Shown: positions 14,788 to 30,049 of the stretch, piece after piece
How positions within the stretch are numbered: position 1 is the first letter of the stretch
How the letters are laid out: each line of letters opens with the position of its first letter
From: Eledone cirrhosa
Taxonomy: Eukaryota
Direction of reading: 5' to 3'
NCBI GenBank assembly: GCA_964016885.1
Contig: OZ024742.1
Span: 259,222,001-259,286,000 of the forward strand
Length of the DNA stretch: 64,000 nucleotides
The notes under the pieces: model-generated
Seen by the model: the letters and a program-made list of their open reading frames with translations, nothing else
Told to the model about the DNA's origin: nothing
Databases searched by the model: none
Translations under genes and position numbers: made by a program

Positions 14788-15222
14788 TATACATAAAAAC
14801 ACGTATATATGTAAGTACACATAAGCCTGTCAGCATATGCGCCCACATATAACCTTATGTGAGTACGCTTAAAAACCTAGTGGGTAAGTAAGGACAAAGG
14901 GGAGTAAAACTGAAATAAAATAATAAAAACAATTATTAAGAACAGGTGTAAACGTTGTAGTAGAGAGTAAGTGTTTGTGATGAGATCTGGATAAGGGTAT
15001 ATAGTTAAAAAGTGATCTGGGTAAAGGATAAAGGTGGTGGGTGTGTATGTATTAATGTATGGTAGATAGTAGGGGAGGAGGTAATATAAGTCAATTGATA
15101 TATAGAACGAGATGAGGGAGTAAAAGTATATATTGGTAGAAAGTATGTGTTCATAAGGCAATAAAATTGGTAGTGAGTGGAAGTCGTGATAAGTAAGGAT
15201 GAAACTCAAGGTGGTTGAGTAA

Positions 15223-15422
15223 TCATTGGTATGTAAATGCAGTTAAAAAGTAGACGCGATTTCAGGTACGGAAAACATATCGATCGGTCTTAGAGTTGAG
15301 ACTAGTGGGGGGAGTTTTCAAGTTTTGGAGAATTCTAAATTTTTCGTAGAACACAAAGAACATTTCTTTGTGCCTCTTTGGTATTCTCTTGAATGGCCTA
15401 AAATAGACCAATCCATAGCTTG
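15223..15422 (-). pseudogene. PLE (Naiad-like) GIY-YIG endonuclease C-terminal fragment
   Basis: [32 protein letters not shown]...LNSKTD..; matches the W-S-I-L...CxLC..EK..I...LNKRSE pattern; one frameshift. Confidence 0.75.
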
Positions 15423-15456
15423 TGTTTAAGTATATATATATATATACATATATATA

Positions 15457-15509
<53 letters not shown>

Positions 15510-15532
15510 ACATGTATGTGTATGTGTACGTA

Positions 15533-15572
<40 letters not shown>

Positions 15573-15628
15573 TACGTGTGTGTGTTTACATGTGTGTATA
15601 GGTATATCTGTATATGTATATGTATTGA

Positions 15629-15669
<41 letters not shown>

Positions 15670-15858
15670 CATACACATATTCACATATACATGCATATAA
15701 AAGTATACATATATGTATATGCATATCTTGTGTATTTGTTTATATTTAAGTTGTTTTTATTCCCCCCTCCCTGCCCCCGCACACTCACACCTATCGTTGT
15801 CAATACGCCACCCCCCCCTTTTTTACTTTATTTTGTTTTTGATTTGGATCTTTACTTT

Positions 15859-15906
<48 letters not shown>

Positions 15907-15975
15907 CCACCCTCAAGAGCGTGAAACTAATAAACCTTTGTTTGTACTGCCTCTGTTTTGTTCCCGTTCCATTTT

Positions 15976-16054
<79 letters not shown>

Positions 16055-16860
16055 TTATTCAGGTTTGAGGTTCACCACTGTATAGAGCTGGTCTATTCCA
16101 TATGGTCAATCGTAATGCAATAATATAGAGAGTACTCAACGTAAGGCAGTTCAACCGTCTTTGTTTTTGTAGTTGGTGGTGCTATTACGGAGTTAAATAT
16201 TATAATGAAATGACAGGAGGCTGGATTTGTGTAAATCCTTGAAAGGTTTATTATACTATGATCATTTAAATGACCGGGTTCCGTATGAATCCGGTGACAT
16301 CATCAGGTATTCGAAATATAATACGTGAATATAATAGATAAAATCCATGGGGCTGAAAATCGAGGACCCGAGGGCGACCGCTATTCTGTTCCTTCAACCT
16401 CATCCGGTCGCCTGGAGTGGCGTGGCTAAAGTTCATAGTATGCTACTACCGGTCAGATAAACGAAAACAGAAAGGGATGGGAACATAAGTTAACGTCAAT
16501 CTCAAGACACAAGGTAAAAGAAAGAAAGAAAGGAAGAAGAGAGTAGAAGGGGGAAGAAAGAAGAAGAGAAGCCAGGGTTAATGTCAGCTAAAGGAAGAAA
16601 GGCAACTACTACCGGTCAGATATAGGCAAGCAGGAGGGGGAGGGAACATAAGTCTGATCTATATTATATTTTAACACACACACACATATATATATAGTAA
16701 TAATTGTTTCTACTTATAGTAATAATGATAAATTTTAAGACTAAAATCCAAAGAGGGCTCGATAAGGATAAATATATATCAAATATATAAGAACCGTAGA
16801 GCAAATATTTATTAAAGTGAAAGCAGTGATTCTTTGCTTAAACTTTAATCTGTTATTTTA

Positions 16861-16900
<40 letters not shown>

Positions 16901-17277
16901 CAACAAAGCATATAACTCATTGTTTATATATATATAAATAATGAGTTATATGCTTTGTTGATAAATATGTTATTTATACAGTTATGAATACTCTATAATT
17001 TGGTATCCCCCCCCCCCCCCCCAATGTCCATAGGTATTTCAAATTAAACCAAATGTAATTAACCAATGACAATAATATAGGCAATAACATTAGCAATAAT
17101 AATAATTTACACCTGAATAATAGAACTATATCATCAAATAATTGTTTCTACTTTAGGCACAAGGCCAGCAATTAACCAGTGCATTACTGGTACTTTATTT
17201 TATCGACCCCGTAAGGATGAAAGGCAAAGTAAATTCGGCGTGATTTGAACTAAATAATAACATAATAACATAATAAC

Positions 17278-17714
17278 ATAAGAAATTGTAACTGCAAAAG
17301 CAGTCTCTCTTGCTCGTTAGATAATAATTGCCTTGATAGAAATGTATTATATAAATGCACTGTTAAAACTAATGATTGACTGTATAATTACATAGGGACG
17401 ACTTCATCAAAATTTAAAGAACACTGGTATAACTATAAACATACATTTAAACGAATAGATAAGTCATTCTCAACTTCCCTATCGCAATTAATTTTGTTTT
17501 TAAAAAACAAAAACATTAATTATTCAATGTCTTGGCAAAGACCATATATATACCACCATACCTAAATTCCTCTATTTCAAAAATCTGACATCTCTGTAAT
17601 GAAGAAAAGTTTCATATTATCACTAACACAGAATCTATTATTGATAAAAGGAATGAGGTTTTTAGCTCTTGTTTACGCAGGATTTCTAAATCTTTTCATA
17701 AAATGTATACATAA
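17278..17714 (+). pseudogene. PLE (Naiad-like) GIY-YIG endonuclease fragment
   Basis: RNCNCKSSLSCSLDNNCLDRNVLYKCTVKTND*LYNYIGTTSSKFKEHWYNYKHTFK..STSLSQLI..LKNKNINYSMSW / PY..SKI*HLCNEEKFHII...IDKRNEVFSSC. Contains the CxCx5C linker, VLY-YIG and C-terminal CxxC; two internal TGA and one frameshift. Confidence 0.9.
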
Positions 17715-18323
17715 ATTACTAGCTATCTGTTATATATATATAATTCACTTATTTACCATATATATATAACAACATACAAATAAAATTATAGGTTCCAGTA
17801 GATATAAACATATATATATTCAATCAACATAACAAGTATCTTTATCTATAGCATGTATAATCACCTTTAGAATATAGTTTAGAATTTTCTTTTTTTATAA
17901 AACGTTATAATTAATAAGATTTACTTACCTGTTCTTGTTTACTTATGTAAATAATAATATACGGATAAATCTCTCATAAAATTAGTTATTTACATGGTTA
18001 TATATCCATATGTTTAACCATATGATTATAATATAGTGCCCTACAACAATATTTTATATAACTAATATAAATACTTTTCCTAACGTGATAATATAAGATG
18101 TGCGTCTGTCAATATATGTGGATCTATATAGGCGCATATAAACATATATATTTTTATTATCGTATATCTTTGCAAGACATTAGTGTATGTACACTCCATA
18201 TTCTTCAGAGTTTCTGGCTTGTATCTGCCGATATTACCTCTTGTTGTTTTCTTCTATACCTTTTACTGTCATTTCTATAATACGAAGAGGGTGTTTGACT
18301 CAAACACGCTCCAGTATTCTAAT

Positions 18324-18364
<41 letters not shown>

Positions 18365-18368
18365 TATG

Positions 18369-19257
<889 letters not shown>

Positions 19258-19258
19258 A

Positions 19259-19366
<108 letters not shown>

Positions 19367-19537
19367 TACATATATATATATATATACATACATACATACA
19401 TATATATATATATATAAATGTAAGTATGTATGTATACGTACATACATATATGTATACAGATGTACAGTAGTATGTATATATATACATACATGCACACATA
19501 TATATATGCAGTTATCGGTTTACCGAACATTTATTAT

Positions 19538-19712
19538 AATTGTTTCTACTTTAGGCACAAGGCCAGCAATTATCCAGTGCATTACTGGTACTTTATTTTA
19601 TCGACCCGGTAAGGATGAAAGGCAAAGTCAACCTCGGCGGGATTTGAACTCAGATCGTAAAGGGACGTAACTATGCTGGAAAGCATGGCGTCCGACCCTC
19701 TACCGATACTGC
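19538..19712 (-). mobile_element. tRNA-derived SINE, main family
   Basis: Near full-length rc match to 29701-29878. Confidence 0.9.
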
Positions 19713-19834
19713 AATGCTCGATTTGTTTGTTTGTAACAAACAAACAGCCCGAATTACATACACACATACATACTTACATTTAAGTAAGTGCCGTACTAAG
19801 AGTGAGAAATGAAATTTCGTTTCATTCTATTCCA

Positions 19835-19880
<46 letters not shown>

Positions 19881-20301
19881 GCATCTTTACTGTTTTAATT
19901 AGATTATGCTATACATTTCACTTTTATCAACTCAGTACTTTTAAATGGGAATATTTGTTTGTGTATGTTTTGTGTGTGACAGTATTTGTTTGTGTGCGCT
20001 CTCAAGTAGATCGACGATCTTCACTTTCAATACATGGTATGTTGGGGAGAATATTTGAATCTGTGACTGTGAGACGGATAAACACGTATCATCTAATTCT
20101 AGAATGATATTCGTGATAACATGATAAGCAGGCCTGCGGCTGAAAAGGACTGTGCATGTCTGTCAGAGGGTTAAATAACTTCGTAAAAGATAAAGCATGT
20201 CACGCTGTCACTCTATATACATGACGTGTATACACACACACACACACGCACACACACACATACACACGCATGAACACACGCACACATATACCTATATATG
20301 T

Positions 20302-20383
<82 letters not shown>

Positions 20384-20395
20384 TTATATATATAT

Positions 20396-20436
<41 letters not shown>

Positions 20437-20525
20437 TGTATATTTATATATATATATATATATGTGTGTATATATATATGCATATATATATATATGAATA
20501 TATATATATATATATATAGATAGAT

Positions 20526-20624
<99 letters not shown>

Positions 20625-20629
20625 ATATA

Positions 20630-20661
<32 letters not shown>

Positions 20662-21294
20662 ATGGACTACCCCACTACCTGTCTAGATGATACTCTATAT
20701 CTGTGGAGTACATACATTACCAGTCCAGTACAGTTTTAACATGTTATGCCAATCTAACTTTGCGTTCCAATGACTGAGAAGTTCTCTGTCTATATTTCTA
20801 TCAAAGTGTATGTTGGCAAATTTGTCAATCCCTAGAAGGCGCGAGTGACAAGTTTAGAGAACTTAATTAATGTTTCGCCCAGTAACAGAGGGACAATGTA
20901 TTATAGTAACGACTTGCCGCAAGCAATTTTTCCAATGAAGTCTGCCAGAATTTATTTCCCCATTACAAACTTAATCTCGATTTTTATTTAACACCTATAC
21001 CTATGTTTTTCAGATGTATGGTAAATGAAGTTCTGTTTATATGTTCACATAAATAACAAGTTTTACTTCGCGTATAGATGTGTTTTTTTGTGAGTATATA
21101 CATGTACTTATGTGAAGTTATGTAGTTGTGCGTATGTATATATATGTGTGTATGTATACATACATATATATATGTAATAGTAATAATATTATTTATACTT
21201 ATATATACACTCTATATAATTATAAACAGGAAAGGTCAGTAATTCATTACCACCTTATTACCAGTAAGAAAAATACCTCAATGTAAATACATCA

Positions 21295-22030
21295 AATATG
21301 TTCAAAACATTTTATTGCTGACAATCGTTTCTTCCAAAGTTTCTTTTGAATTTCATCGGAGCACTAGCAAAGTTTAGACATATAATTAACCGCCTATTTC
21401 ACAGACAATTGTAAAGATACGTAGATGTTAGTGTTGTCATTAACAGTGTCAGGTTTAAAGAGTGAGGATGATGTGGTCAGTATCAGTGGATGCAACAAAT
21501 ATTACAAAAGAATAATACAACAATTATAGAGCAATTAAAGAAGTAAGTTACTCGCAAAATGAGGACATTAGCGGTACATATGCAAACGTATAGAAAGAGT
21601 ACAGAGGTATTAGGCATGTACAGAATAACCAGGTAAGAAACAAGCAATGGTACTAACCATATATATCACAGTATGGCAAAGGTATCACATAATACAATAC
21701 AGGTATAAAAGCATATTAAGCAGACAGAGATGAGTGGGTATGAAAAGCAGTTTCTATGAAGTTTATGGTATGCAATGTGATAATTGTTACGGTAATGTTC
21801 AAATGTGCATCATTACCGGATAATATCTGTCGCATCAACTGTTACTGACCACATCATCTTCACTCTTTAAATATGACACTATTAATGACAACACTAATAT
21901 CTACGTAATTTTACAATTGTTCTGTGGAATAGAAGGTTAATTATATGTCTAAACTTTGCAAGTGCTCCGATGAACCCAAACGAAATTTTGGAAGAAACGA
22001 TTGTCAGCAATAACATGTTTTGAACATAGT
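21295..22030. mobile_element. PLE-derived element with about 210-bp inverted arms, each carrying a CCGAUGA hammerhead-like motif
   Basis: 21295-21505 is the rc of 21820-22030; motifs at 21316-21363 (-) and 21963-22009 (+); the flank is homologous to 45620-45790. Confidence 0.8.
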
Positions 22031-22154
22031 TTTAGTTATTCTGTAATATATATATATATAAATGAAAAGTATAGAAATTATTGTAGCAAGAAGCTAACAA
22101 TATTCCATAATATATATATAGAAATACATACACTTAACAACACATATATAGGCA

Positions 22155-22234
<80 letters not shown>

Positions 22235-22497
22235 TGTCTATATATGTGTTGTTATGTGTATGTATTTCTATATGTATGAGTGGATATGTTTATATGTTTG
22301 AGGTCCGACCTTTATTTTTTTTATGTATGAAGGTTCGTAGCTTAGTTGTTATTATGTTGAGCTTGTAATCGTGACGTTGATTCCCGCACTTGTCGAATAG
22401 TTGTGTCCAAAGTCATGACACTTTAGTTGATTCAATCCCCGAGCAAGACATATTATGTTGTTTCAATTTTATCAGCTGCTACAAATTAGTTGTACAT

Positions 22498-22621
<124 letters not shown>

Positions 22622-24576
22622 TACACGCACGAACACACACACACACACACACACAGAGAAAGAGAAAGAAAGTGAATGGGAAAGAGAGATGTACATAAAA
22701 AAACGTACTTACACCTTGATATTTATTTCTTGAAAATAGCTTTTTATATTCTAGTCAACCAAACCTCCAAGCATAAATAATCCCATTCTAGAAAGGAAAT
22801 TCAACGTTGTTATTTAAAGATGTTATTTAGTTAGCAGCTGAGGAAACGTTAGTAGAGTTGTTCGTCTTATCAGCATATGCAACGGTGTGTTTACCATGTT
22901 TAACGTTAGTTGTGTGTAAAGTGGAATTTTTATGCGGGCAATTTATTCCTTTGCTTTTGATTAACTTCCTACTTGTGGGGAAATTGGTTATAATTACGAT
23001 TCCTGTCAGTAACGCGAGGTTTATTTTCACTTGGTCTACGCATGAATACAAATGAGTTAATAATCGATTAATGACAATTGGGTATTTATTTCTTTCGAAA
23101 TAACAATTCTTGGTTCTCGAACACCGATAGATTCAGCAGGATTATTTGCTGCGTTTTGAGCGCTGTTTAGCAATTTTAGAATTTTAGTCTGTTAGGAGAA
23201 AGTAAGTTCCCAACACTATACCTTTATCAGACTGTGTGGATACACCATAACTGAATAGTTAAGAAATTCGATTTGTTATCATTTGGTAGACGGAATGTGT
23301 TTGGATGTCCGTTGTAGGGATTGTATCTGTAACTTAAAACACCGGTCTTATCGCACACTGTGGCATGCTGAGTCTGCTAAAGAATTATATTAATGGTATA
23401 CATGTCTATAGAATGTGCAGTTATTTATACGTTAATTTCTTAAGATGGCTGACCCATTGATCAAACAAATGGGTTACTCAGCATGGAAACCGACGATGGT
23501 GGTGATGGTGGGAAGTTCTTCTTCAAATGAGTTGTATAAAATAACACCCTAGTACTACGATCGATTCTTCCACTGTATCCCTGTCCCATCTAACTAACAG
23601 GAAAACATGTCTTCGGGTGTGGAGAGAGATGGTCTCCACCAAATTTAAAATGAAAAGACCCATTCTGTCATGACAGTGTCCCTACGACTCCATGGATAAG
23701 GAATCGTGGATTTAACAGAAACATATATGTTCCTCCATAGTTAAAATATTTCAAGCATACATATTTTTCTATTTCACCTCATCTTTGGAAGGATCAAAAA
23801 GGAAATGGCTATATGGCCATTCCAAACGTTCGATAAAGAAACGACAAATCTCCTCCTGCTTGAAAGTTACGTTAATACATGCGTCTGTGGAAGCACACAA
23901 CGACTTCTACGTTACTTCAGTGTTGGGCGGTCAAATGATTGAAAAGTTGAATACACATCGTCGAAATCAACATAGGTTCCATCATTCTGCATCAACAAGG
24001 TAGAATACACACGATATTCATATTAACGAACTTATATATCAATAATGCCAAAAGCTAAATATTATGGAAGACAAACAAAGTGTTGACCTCTATGACCGCG
24101 GATTCTTAGCGAAAATTTCCAAGAAAATTGAAAAGAAATTCTCCCCAGCACACTTGACATTAATTCTATAAAGTGGACTTCTCACTAAAACCAATAGAAT
24201 GGCAGTATATTATTAACGTTTCACATCATTTACTGTTATGTTGTTCTTACTATTAATGTTTTTCTTGGTATTGGTGTTTTGGTTGTGATTGTAGTAGTTA
24301 TTTCCCTTCTAGGAATTCTTGGTGAATGTATTGCCTTCGTTAATGTTGTCATGGTGGCTACTCTGCTTATTGCGTTTCTAGATATAGTTAGTGCGCTTCA
24401 ATACTGCAGCTGTAATTGATTGTTCTTAACGTTGTTGTTGTTGATTTTTATCTATGTGTCAATTATCTATGATGATTTTGTCCTTGGTTTACCTTATCAC
24501 CAATAAAGCAGGAAATACTCGCTGACCGATACAGTCAGCCATCGTAAAATTGTGTGTCTATATCTATTATCTCTAG

Positions 24577-24706
<130 letters not shown>

Positions 24707-24784
24707 AGGTAAAAAGACACGTGTTGGACAAAATATATCTAAAAAAGAAAACATTATATCGAATGAATATGTATATATGCATCG

Positions 24785-24840
<56 letters not shown>

Positions 24841-24842
<2 letters not shown>

Positions 24843-25110
24843 TATTAGAAACGTAAGCTATCGCCGTATTTTGACTAAAGAAATTAAAAAAATTATTTAC
24901 CCTGATAGTGGGGTTAAGAACCCTCGGAGAAATGGAAAAAGATGAGTATTGACGTACATGACTCCCATGTACGTAAATACTCATCTTTTTCCATTTCTTT
25001 GAGGGTTCTTAACCCCACTATCAGGCTAAATAATTACTTTAATCAAAATACGGGGATAGCTTACATTTCTAATAATTTCAAACCTACTCGCTGTTTCGAA
25101 AATATTCTTA
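24841..25110. repeat. Long hairpin (about 115-bp arms) in a dispersed repeat family; 3' half of a hammerhead at about 25080-25100 (-)
   Basis: Arms 24841-24960 and 24966-25076; second copy at 47935-48062. Confidence 0.85.
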
Positions 25111-25112
25111 CT

Positions 25113-25177
<65 letters not shown>

Positions 25178-25339
25178 GTTGATTCAATACTAAACAATGA
25201 CTCACGGTAAATAGAGACATTCATTCAAATAGACTTAGAACAAATGCTTCGAAGTGAACATCTCACAAAAACAAATAAAGACATTTACTGATATATTCTC
25301 TGTCTACCTTGAGTAATATATATATAGTTTAATAAGTAA

Positions 25340-25445
25340 ACAGAGAACAAAAAACAGAGAGGCAGTACAAATGATATTAGTATCAACTTCACGCTTGCGA
25401 GTGGGTGGGGGGCGACGTTTTGAGCATAAGCCCTTCATCAGGAGA
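25340..25445 (-). mobile_element. Hammerhead-bearing repeat (core G12 mutated)
   Basis: CUGAUGA-AGGGC(UUAU)GCUC-AAAA-CG-UC; tail AAGCGTGAA..CTAAT..TTTGTACTGCCTCT is also present at 15915-15980. Confidence 0.6.
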
Positions 25446-26031
25446 AAAGTGATAGAGAGTTCCGAGGGTCTGTGGGGGAGTGGGGGAAAGGCATTTTAAG
25501 AAAGGGTGGGGAGAGAAAAGGGAGGAAACAAATTTTTTTTGAGAGTAAAGGAAATTTTTTTTAAATACAAATAAAAATAAAAATAAACAAGTGGTGAAAG
25601 GTTGTGAGGCGTGTGGGGAGGGTGGTGGGTGGAGGGGTGGAGGGGTGGAGCGGGGAGAGGGAAGCGGAGGGGTCGAGCGGGGAGGGCTGAAGGTGGTGTT
25701 TGTGTATATGTGTAGGTGTACGTGTGTGTGTGTGTATGTGAATGTGAGAGTTGGAGGAAGAACGAGGTTCCATCTTCAGGACAGAGAGAGAGAGAGAAAG
25801 AGAGAGAGAGTGAGAGAGAGAGGAATAATAAGAGAGAGAGAGGGTATGAGAGAGAGAAGTTGTCTATGTGTATATTCAGGTCCTTGATTCTGTCTGTTTA
25901 TCTCCTTTAATTTACTGTTTCTACAAAAAACGTGGTCAACAAAATGAACTAAAAAGAAAGTGCCGGGATAAATATGATTTACTAAATAAAGAGAGTGCTC
26001 CAGCATGTCTGCAGTCTCTCTCTCTACCTCC

Positions 26032-26070
<39 letters not shown>

Positions 26071-26528
26071 TCTCTATATCTATCTATATATCTATATCTA
26101 TATATATTTATATCAATGTGGTTCATCCAGTAACAAAGAAAATGTTTGATGTAACGAATGACATTTAAAATGAACGGGAGACATCTTGTTTTTTAATTCC
26201 TGCTTTAACTGCCACACTTTAAGCGACGACCACAACGTAAAAAAATATTATACTCAGTGCAAAATGACATCTTTACTTAGCTGACATTCACAACAAACGT
26301 GTTTTGATTTGTTAAACCTTAACATTTAGAATTTTATTGAGCCTCCCGCAAAGCAGGACGGAAATAGCGCATCAGTAGTTTTATTTCCTTGAAGATATTT
26401 TCTTTTGTATTTTGAGCTACACTTTAGTCTGTCATCCGTCAGCGTGTTTTAATATCATAAAAGATTATATACATATATTCACTATATAGTATAAATATAT
26501 ATATATGCACACATGGAAATATACATAT

Positions 26529-26577
<49 letters not shown>

Positions 26578-26580
<3 letters not shown>

Positions 26581-26760
26581 CGAAGGAAATGTGGTAAGGA
26601 ACCAGATGGACCATAACGCACCAAAGTACTCAATACTTAAGGTAGTAGAGTGGGTAATAGGAACAAGTATGACCCCGACGGTAGAGCTCAAACCGTTTCG
26701 ACGGCTAATTCTGGACGTCGAAACGGCTTGAGCTCTGCCGTCGGGGTTATACTTGTTCCT
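26578..26760 (-). mobile_element. Short PLE-type repeat with a 45-bp-arm hairpin at its 5' end
   Basis: rc homolog at 41271-41395; arms 26659-26703 and 26716-26760; contains the GAAA-CGG-UU hammerhead 3' half. Confidence 0.75.
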
Positions 26761-26786
26761 CTCTCTCTCTATATATATATATATAT

Positions 26787-26821
<35 letters not shown>

Positions 26822-27687
26822 CATAGTGAATGCGCGTGGGCTAGAATTTGGTGTGTTGTGCTCGTGGTTTTAAGATCGAAAGCTCGATTCCTGGACAGGG
26901 CGGTGCGTGGTGTCGTTGACCAGAAGGCTTTTGTCGATGCTGGGAGAAAAATGAGGATTACCAGCAAACACTGCGAGGGATTAGTGGGGAGATGTCCGTC
27001 TGTAACGAGACTGGTCCGAAGTTGTAGCGTTCTTTGCCTTTCCCTTGGATAACATTATATATAGTTTTTATATGTACTATGTATGTGAGTAGCGAAGGCA
27101 CAGGTGCCAAGCTCTATAGGATTTACTTCTTCCCTTTGACGACATCATATATATATTGTATTGGCCTTTCCTTTGCACAATATCGTTGACGTGGGGAAGA
27201 GAGACCTGTTTGTATATATGGTCGATTTCTGACCTTCCACAAATCACATTGCACAGCCTTGCGCCTTAGAATATAAATTTCCTGGTACAGACCCATGGCG
27301 GCCTTTTATATATCTTATATCAGAACCTTTCAAATTTTTAACTCGTTTAATTAACAGTATCTTCAAATTATAAACAGTGGGGCAAATATGAAATAGTTTA
27401 CACGTGTTTCTGGCGCAAACCCTTATGATATGCTCGGAAATTGACTGATAGAAGTGAAGGAGGACACACATTTGACAGAAGCTTAATAGTTTTATACAAG
27501 CATAACTTCTTTATATGTTCAATTAAATTATATTATGGATTTTGCGATATATCTCTGAAACATTTTTCTGCTCTATCGATCATGTATTTTTTTTTTTCAT
27601 GTTCAATATTCAATGTTTTCCATAATATTTCAGATAGCTCCTTTCGATTATTGCTCCTAACGTAACACCAAATTATTCACATACACG

Positions 27688-28052
27688 TGAAGGCGGGGTG
27701 GTTAATAAGTTCGCTTCTCTGATTGTGAGACCACTATTGTTACGAGGCACCTTAGAGGAGTGTTTTCTACCATATATTAATTACAATGCCTTGTGAGTGG
27801 TATATAGTATACGGACACGATTTAAGCTCGCCACATATATATGCATTCATATATGTGGTGTATGTGGTTCTATGTCATTGCTTATGTTTGTGTCACTGTT
27901 TATGATAAGGTCCAGTAACTTAGCGATTCCGCCAAACCGATATAGAAAAAATAAGTACCAGACTTGAAAAACGTAAGATTGTCGATATGACTAAATGACG
28001 ACAATGTCCCAGCGTGGCAGGCTAATTATTGAAACAAATATACGAATAAAAA
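27688..28052 (+). mobile_element. Degenerate tRNA-derived SINE (GTAACTTAGCG...CCAGCATGGC tail family)
   Basis: Head GTGGTTAATAAGTTCGCTTC..GGCACCTT..GCCTTGTGAGTGG; tail fragments also at about 25960-26015 and 62800-62850. Confidence 0.65.
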
Positions 28053-28539
28053 TGTGTACATTTATTCGGATATTTTTTAGGGTGGAGGGGTTATTTTTTC
28101 CATTAATATAAAAATAAAAATTTCAAACTAGAATTTCAAAGGATGTGACTAGTTACATTTTATTGATATTTTAACTTCAAAACCTGAAATATTAGTCTCA
28201 TTAAAATGAGAGGCAGTAATGATAATAGTTGTAGAAAAATATTTAATATAGTTACTGTTCATATGCAGATATTGGTTGAGAGAAATTGCTATGCAAGCAT
28301 GCACTCGGAGCTTTCTGGCTTTACACATACTAAATAGAACAACAACAGAATTTTATCGATTGTTAAGGTTCCTGCAATATTTCATATCATAAAGAGAAAC
28401 ATACACCCGGAGATTTCTTGCTTTACATATTAAATAGAACAACACCACAGAGTATCGATTTTGAGATCTTTGTTATAATTTATGTTTGGAATAAAGGTAA
28501 TGCACATAAAATCGACACATAGACAGAAATAGATAAGCA

Positions 28540-28585
<46 letters not shown>

Positions 28586-28649
28586 TAAAGTTAGTCCTTC
28601 ATCAGTGATCTTCCAGCCTTCATTGGTATATCATCGCTTTAAAGACCAA

Positions 28650-28760
<111 letters not shown>

Positions 28761-29700
28761 CACACATATATATATATATATATATGTATGTATATATATA
28801 TATATATTAAAATAACAGATTAAAGTTTAAGCAAAGAATCGCTGCTTTCACCCTTAACGGGATCTTCTGAAACTAACAAAGTCAATCTGTGAACGCAGAA
28901 GTGAATATTTCAAAAAACGTTGCAACCGGAGGAAGACAGGAAGCCCTCTTTGGATTTTAGTCTTCAAATTTATTATTATTACTATATATATCTATATATA
29001 TATCTATAGTTGTTATATAGTAAGGTGTATAATTCGTTATGTCATACGGTCCAATAAACTTTTGTTAGCAATATTAAGTTCTCCACGCTTTTGTATATCT
29101 CCAATTCCATTTATGGGAACAGCTAGATTATGTAAAACGGAGTATTTGTATCAAAATAAAGATCCGAAGGCATGGTATAAATTTCCAATCCCGACACAAG
29201 TTTCAATAAGAGATAGATCGATCGATTATCACTGATCTCGTCAGGTGAAAATGAATTGTCTTCAAATCCTTGATATGAGGGAGAAAATTTAACGATGTTC
29301 ACTCACTAGAGTTTTGTCCCCCATATGAAGATTAAGCAGCGAAAACACGCTGTGAGTGTAAATAATACATATGTGTATGTGTGTATTGATGTGAGTGTGT
29401 GACTGGTTCTTTGTTTACAAATACAAAAAGGATTACAACTATCTAGATGTCCGTTGTAACCACAACAACAGTCTACAGTTATATACCTATGTATATATCT
29501 AAAGTCGGACACAGCAACAACACACACAACTACCTGCTGCTGCGCACACAGGGGGAAAAAATAACCCCCGAAATAGAGATATGTAAATCTATATTTTCAT
29601 ATCTAAATATAGTTATTATTATTTACTGATGTCGTTATTATTATATACGATTGAGAGCGCCCTCGACGTGAAACACAAGTTCATTAATATATGTACCTGA

Positions 29701-29878
29701 AGGGCGGTGGATTGGCAGTATCGGTAGAGGGTCGGACGCCATGCGTTTCACCCATTTACGGTCTGAGTTCAAATCCCGCCGAGGTTAACTTTGCCTTTCA
29801 TCCCTACGGGGTCGATAAAATAAAGTACCAGTAATACACTGGGTAATTGCTGGCCTTGTGCCAATAGTAGAAACAATT
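29701..29878 (+). mobile_element. tRNA-derived SINE, main family (reference copy)
   Basis: Pol III A-box TGGCAGTATCGG and B-box GAGTTCAAATCC; 3' end GGCCTTGTGCCAATAGTAGAAACAATT; about 20 copies or fragments in the window. Confidence 0.9.
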
Positions 29879-30049
29879 AATATATATACCTGTATATATA
29901 CATATATGTATGTGTGCACTTTCCTGTGATTCTACAAATTCAACACCAAACGAGGTAAACTTTTTCAACTTTTCCACATCCACTCTGTCTGAATGTTCTC
30001 TTAACGTAATATCTGCCCCAAGCTCTATTTAAGATCTGTTTACCATACA

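Noticed and set aside
16345-16415. HDV-like ribozyme or SECIS element
   Set aside because: Lacks P3/L3, P1.1 and the catalytic C of the HDV fold; lacks the 3' GA of a SECIS quartet.
29701-29790. tRNA gene
   Set aside because: A and B boxes are present but there is no complete cloverleaf; it is the head of a multicopy SINE.
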